Source: Amoebophrya sp. A120 (lineage: Eukaryota > Protista > Dinoflagellata). Taken from it: a stretch of DNA of 64,000 nucleotides. The notes under the pieces were generated by a model. The model saw nothing but the letters and a program-made list of their open reading frames with translations, was not told where the DNA came from and made no database searches. The stretch's first letter is position 1. Every line of letters starts with the position of its first letter. The position numbers and the translations under genes were made by a program. Below are positions 59,321-64,000 of the stretch, piece by piece. The stretch covers positions 1,080,968-1,144,967 of the forward strand of contig CAJINV010000003.1 in the NCBI GenBank assembly GCA_905178155.1, written 5' to 3'.

Positions 59321-62300
59321 TCACTGCAGCAGAAAGCTGGTGCTGTTGTTTCGATTCCGGTTGACGTGTGCCATGTACGCTGCGTCTGTCCGCTGGTAGT
59401 CGGGCGTACGTGATCGCGCAGGCGCGACGGCACCGCTGGCAACATTACCAGCCCCCCGCAACATGCGCCGGCCCGGGGACCGCGGTGGCGGTACGCTGCG
59501 GCCGCGATTCGCGCGCTCGCGATCCCGATCGCGATTTAACTCGGACCGGTCTGGTTTCCACCAGTCGTTGTCCCACTCCGGCTTTTTCTGTTGCTCCACG
59601 ATGCGCAGCAGCTTCCGGACCTTGGCTTGCAACTCGGCATTGCGCTCCACGAGATGCAAACTATCCGCAGCGTTAACCATCGCGGACGCCTGCACGAACT
59701 GTTGTGGCGCTCCGCCGTATGAAGGCGCTGGTGCTCCGTAGTAGTTCCCTCCTGTTGCTGCGGAGGGCATCGGATACGCGGTCGGCTGCGCAAACCCCGT
59801 GGAGGATAGGCCGGGCTGTGCCTGTGGTGCTGTTGGACCCGCTGGCGCGAACGGGTTGCCATTGGAAATGTACGCTTGTAAAGGCTGCTGGACCGGTGCT
59901 TGCGGTTCGACCATTGGCGGTTGGGTGGGCGAGTAGTGCTGTTGCGCGAGAAAGCTCGGAGAAAGCGCTAAGTCGCTCTCCGGAATACGACGGCCCCTGT
60001 TGGTTGTGGTTCAACGCAAATAGCGCAGCGAAAATGTTGAGCAGTGAATTTCTTTCTTCCCTTGCAATCAAGCTCGTACAAGTTCAAGCGTTCACGTGAG
60101 GCAGAATCACACAAGATCAAGGATAACGAAACGATTTGCAATGCATAAGCAAAAGTAGTACTGTGCAGCGTCATGCAACGACCTCCGGGTTCGAATCAGC
60201 TCCTCCTCCAACATAATGTTCTGCTTCCTCAGCTGCCCAACAGATTCTTGTAGCACGCGGACCTATGAGGATATTTTTATTCGAGATTGGGAAAGTTCAA
60301 ACAGCTTCGCGCTTCTTGTAACAGCATAAGCAGCTAAGTATGTACTACTTACTTTTACTTACTTACTAACTTACCTGTTCCGTCAAACTCCTGTTTTCAG
60401 CTTGTGTTTGCTCGACCAACCGCCTTGATTCCATAACCTGCATGGTGATTGTCTCGCTTTGGTCTTGCTTCATCCGCTGAAGCTCCCCCCGCGCTGCCGT
60501 CAGTTCCGTGACCAAGCGAATCTGCGTGGGTAGGTAAACGTTCTTTTGATCTTGAAGAAGTGATGTGCAAGTGCAGGTCCTTCATACAATAATGACAAAA
60601 AAAATAAATGGACGTCGAAGGAAAAGGTAAAGGACGACAAACAAAATTGAAGCGATTTCCACACAACCGAAACGACTTCCTACCTTCTGCTGACTGAGGT
60701 CCCTTACGGTCATTTCCAGAATGCTGACTTCCCGCGCGTCGTGCACGCTCCCCGGGAGCGCAAGTCCGGGTGGCGGCATCAAAATCCCGGGTGACGGCGC
60801 CCTTGGGTTGTAGCCGGTCGGCGACGGCGACCGCCGGTCCGCGGAGAAGATCATGGGTGGCCGCGTAATGTCGTCCAAGATGATGGCGTCCGCCTGCTCC
60901 ACGAGCGCGCGGTGCTTTCTGGCAGACAACACCGGCTTGCGGTACGAGGGGGGCCGGCTGGATGGAGGCTGGACCACCGCCTGCTGCTGACCAGTGGGTG
61001 TGCGAGCCCGCCGCGCGGCCGCCGCTCCTTCGGGCGTTTTGCCAGTGGGGGAAGGACTGCGTTCCCGCTTACTCGAGGAAACGGACCGTGGGGTGCGCCG
61101 TGGAGGCGGTGGAGTACTCTTCTCGCGCGCTGGCGGCGCATTCGGAGGTGCTGCCGGCGGCGGCGGCGAACGCGACTTCTTCCGTGGCGACGCAACCGGT
61201 CTACTTTTCGGCGCTGCGGCAGCAGGCGGTGGACTGCCGCTGCGACTACGCTGGGCTCTGCGGGGTCTGGGGTTGTACTTTGGTCGCTCCGCCGACGGGC
61301 TACCGGCACGGTGGATCGTCGGGCGGTGGTCGTAACGCCACATCTGCTCCGCAAAGGTCTGTCGTGAAAACACTTGACAAACTATAAAAGTTGTCGTCAA
61401 GAACAGTGCACATGAGGATACGAGGGTGCGGGAAGTAGAGACGACGTTCGAAAACGGTCGTAAGGAAAAAAACCTCTGGAACAACTGCATTTCGCAGTAC
61501 AGCTTCAACGTGCATAGTAATTCATTGCCCTTTCTCACACGACAAGAAGAGAGAAACATTTACGGTTCCAAATACCCTTTCCGGTTCCTGCTTCGCACGC
61601 GGGACTTTTGGGCTTCGCACCTGACTGCTCGGGCGCGATTTCTTTTTCGGTTTTTGCTGGATGCGCTTCTCCTTGGAGGACCGTGGGGACTCCCGTAGTT
61701 CTTCCTGGATCGTGGGCGGGGCGGCCGGCTGATCCAGGAAGCGCCGTCCGCCGCCCTCTGACGCCGAGCTGCCCTTCGGACACAGGAAATCCTCTTCCGA
61801 CGTGGGTTGCTTTCTCAACACCTTCTGGGGCGTGTTATTTCCGCTCCGGGACCGCGTCCTCGTACGCGTTTCGACCGATTTCGGAGCGGCCGCCAGGAAC
61901 TCTTCCGAGCCTTTTGCGTCCGGACTCGCGGATCGCGCGTCGCGCCTTCTCTGCGCCTCGCGCTGCGCGTCCTTTTTCCGCTTCGCACTCTGCAGCTTGA
62001 CGGCCGCGGCATCCGCCTCCTCTTGGATTTCAGCAATTTGTCTCGCGAGCACCTGGACCTCGTCCTCTTCGACGGGAGCAGTTTCTTCGGGCGCGTTGTT
62101 CGTTTGGGCACGGTTCGCAATCCGTTCGCGTTGCCGCCGCTGAATGGATATGGCCGCCTGTTCTTCCTCTCTCTTCTCCTTCTCCAACTTCTCCTCCGCG
62201 GCACGGCGGTCGTACACCGCTTGCCAGGCCAGGTCCAGATTGCCGTAACGTCGCCCGGTTTCCAACTCGACGTACCTTTTCAACAGGAACAGATTGTCTT

Positions 62301-63841
62301 GCTTGCAAGTGCAGAAGTTCTAGTAGCACATAGAGTGGGAGTGCGTTAAGTACACGTTATTTCGTTTTCGCAAAAAGCAATAAACAACGTCAAAAAGAAC
62401 ATGCAAAAGCTATAGTACGCGAAGTATCCGGGTCTGCTTCGCGAGGGCACGGCCTCGAACCCCGGTGGTGGTTTCCCGTTGTTTCCGTTTGCTTTGCCGT
62501 TCATCCCAGCACTGTTCAGGGTGTCATTCGAACCCCCGTTACCGTTGACTACCTGCTCGAGGTTCTCCTTGTTCTCTTGCTTTCGCAACCTCCGGTTGTA
62601 CACCTGCCACGCGGACCGCAACTCGCCGTATTTTTTTCCGGTTTCCGGATCCACAAACACCACGTGCCCGGGCCTTGACGCCGACGTTTTCGTGATCCAC
62701 CCTGGTGGCGGTTGGTCGGCCACTTCGTCGCCCTTCCTCCGGCGCTCGTACACCTTCCACGCCTGCGATTTGCCGTACTTTTGCCCGGTCTTCTTGTCGA
62801 TGTACGCAAACTCGCCGGGGCGACTCGCGGACGGGACCGGCTCGAAGCCTGGTGGGTGCACCGGTTTGTTCTCCTCTGCCGGGACAGACGGCGAGGCTGC
62901 AACCACCACAACCGGGGGTGCCTGCTCCTGTAGCATCTGCGGAGGAGCCTATTTGGGGAAGAATAATTTCGTTTTCTCTTGATGATGCAGCAGCAGCAGC
63001 AGCACATTTGTATGCTTCTACGTCACAAAAAATTCCACTACGCTACCAGAAGTCGATGAAATTGAAAGCACCTGAAACTGGATGACGAAAAATCAAAGCA
63101 AACTTTTACTTCCCGCGGAATTTCGTTCGTTGTTGGGACAGCGACAGCAGAAGGCGGTTTCTCGTTCGTGTAGATGTCTTCGGCCTTCAAATTCACTGCG
63201 GCATCTTTTGGTGGGGTATCGATCTTGTCTAACATAGCCTTGTCGAGATGCGGTTTGCTTTCCCCCGAACCCTCTTGTTGCGGCAAGCCCTCGTCGACTG
63301 GTGGTTGCTTTGGGACCACGACGTCCGCACTGCCCGCAGCGCTGGCCCGCTCTCCCTGGGGGAGATCCTGTGGGGCGGTCGCCGCCCGTTTGTCTTGCTC
63401 CTCCCTGGACCTCGAGCGCTCGCGGTCCTGCTGGGCCTTCTTTTTCTGCAGCGCAACCGACACAGTTTCGCTGCTGTCGGAGGACAGCCCTTCCAACACC
63501 CGCTGGACATGCAAGTCCTTCGCAAAAATCTTCTCGCCGTCCGAGTCCGCTGCTACGATGCTCTGCATCACGTCGAAGGTCAACGCATTTTCTTGCGTAG
63601 TTGGAGCTGATGTGGGGGCGGCGTGCATCGTATTGCCGAGCTCCCCCGGTGCAATTTCGGGGACGGCGGGATTACCTGGTACAGCCCCAGTCGTAGCTGC
63701 GCTCTGCCGATGTACCGCCCAAGCTAACTCCAGAGTTCCGTACTTCTTTCCCGTCGCATCTTCCTGATAGACAACCTGACCTGGCCGAGTGCGACTCGAC
63801 ACTTCCGAAAAGCCGGGGGGCGGAGTGTTTGGCAAGTCCAT
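59321..63841 (-). CDS. Multi-exon protein with four WW-like repeats, two IQ-like motifs and a Pro/Ser/Arg-rich region; 3' end uncertain
   Basis: Four PPG(F/W)...SxxRPG...TGxxYG...AW repeats. IQ-like AAISIQRRQR and AAVKLQSAKR. GT-AG intron 62276..62418 splits repeat 4. Confidence 0.65.
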
Positions 63842-64000
63842 CTTCGAGAAAAATGTGCTAGTACACAGTTATCAGTGTGGTCGTGCTCAGGAGGTGATGG
63901 TGAGCGTGGTGAGGCGCTTATGTGATAAAATCATCGTCCGACACAGAAGTTGAGCCGCCTTGTCTCCAACTTCCTACGCTTCTCTCTACATAAGTAGCAA

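Noticed and set aside
5185-63767. Many long plus-strand ORFs (e.g. 7898..8812, 10444..11409, 21924..22730)
   Set aside because: They are antisense shadows of GC-rich minus-strand coding exons with no recognisable motifs.
1-64000. Dinoflagellate spliced-leader relics, tRNA, rRNA, autonomous transposase
   Set aside because: Only partial CTTGAGCCA matches inside coding exons; nothing convincing by eye, although a covariance-model or HMM scan could find what I missed.

Overview
Eukaryotic genomic DNA, probably alveolate. About 15 protein-coding genes, many with introns, all lie on the minus strand. They encode a pseudokinase, a PG-rich flagellar-type protein, an ankyrin/Zn-finger protein, an EF-hand-like coiled-coil protein, a TPR protein, an AIFM3-like oxidoreductase, a Patched/Dispatched-like transporter, p24, PIG-V, an IMP1-like protein, GH35 beta-galactosidase, CCDC57-like and polycystin-like proteins, an ankyrin-TM-phosphodiesterase and a WW-like-repeat/IQ protein. 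The main signal is ten short (149-369 bp) non-coding elements in five terminal-inverted-repeat (TIR) families. All begin 5'-TAT, end ATA-3', carry a 5-bp target-site duplication (TSD) and sit inside coding exons. Removing an element plus one TSD copy rejoins the flanking reading frames, and none of these TSD-defined junctions is GT-AG. Ordinary GT-AG introns occur in the same genes. This resembles the non-canonical introner elements and co-oriented gene blocks known from the parasitic dinoflagellate Amoebophrya (taxonomy is inference). All families share a GCATNACA motif. Other oddities are a 36-bp exon duplication flanking a 1-kb insert with co-varying hairpins, a 5 x 115-bp array of hairpin units and a 1.5-kb very GC-rich island. 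Gene boundaries and domain calls were made by eye; no searches were run.
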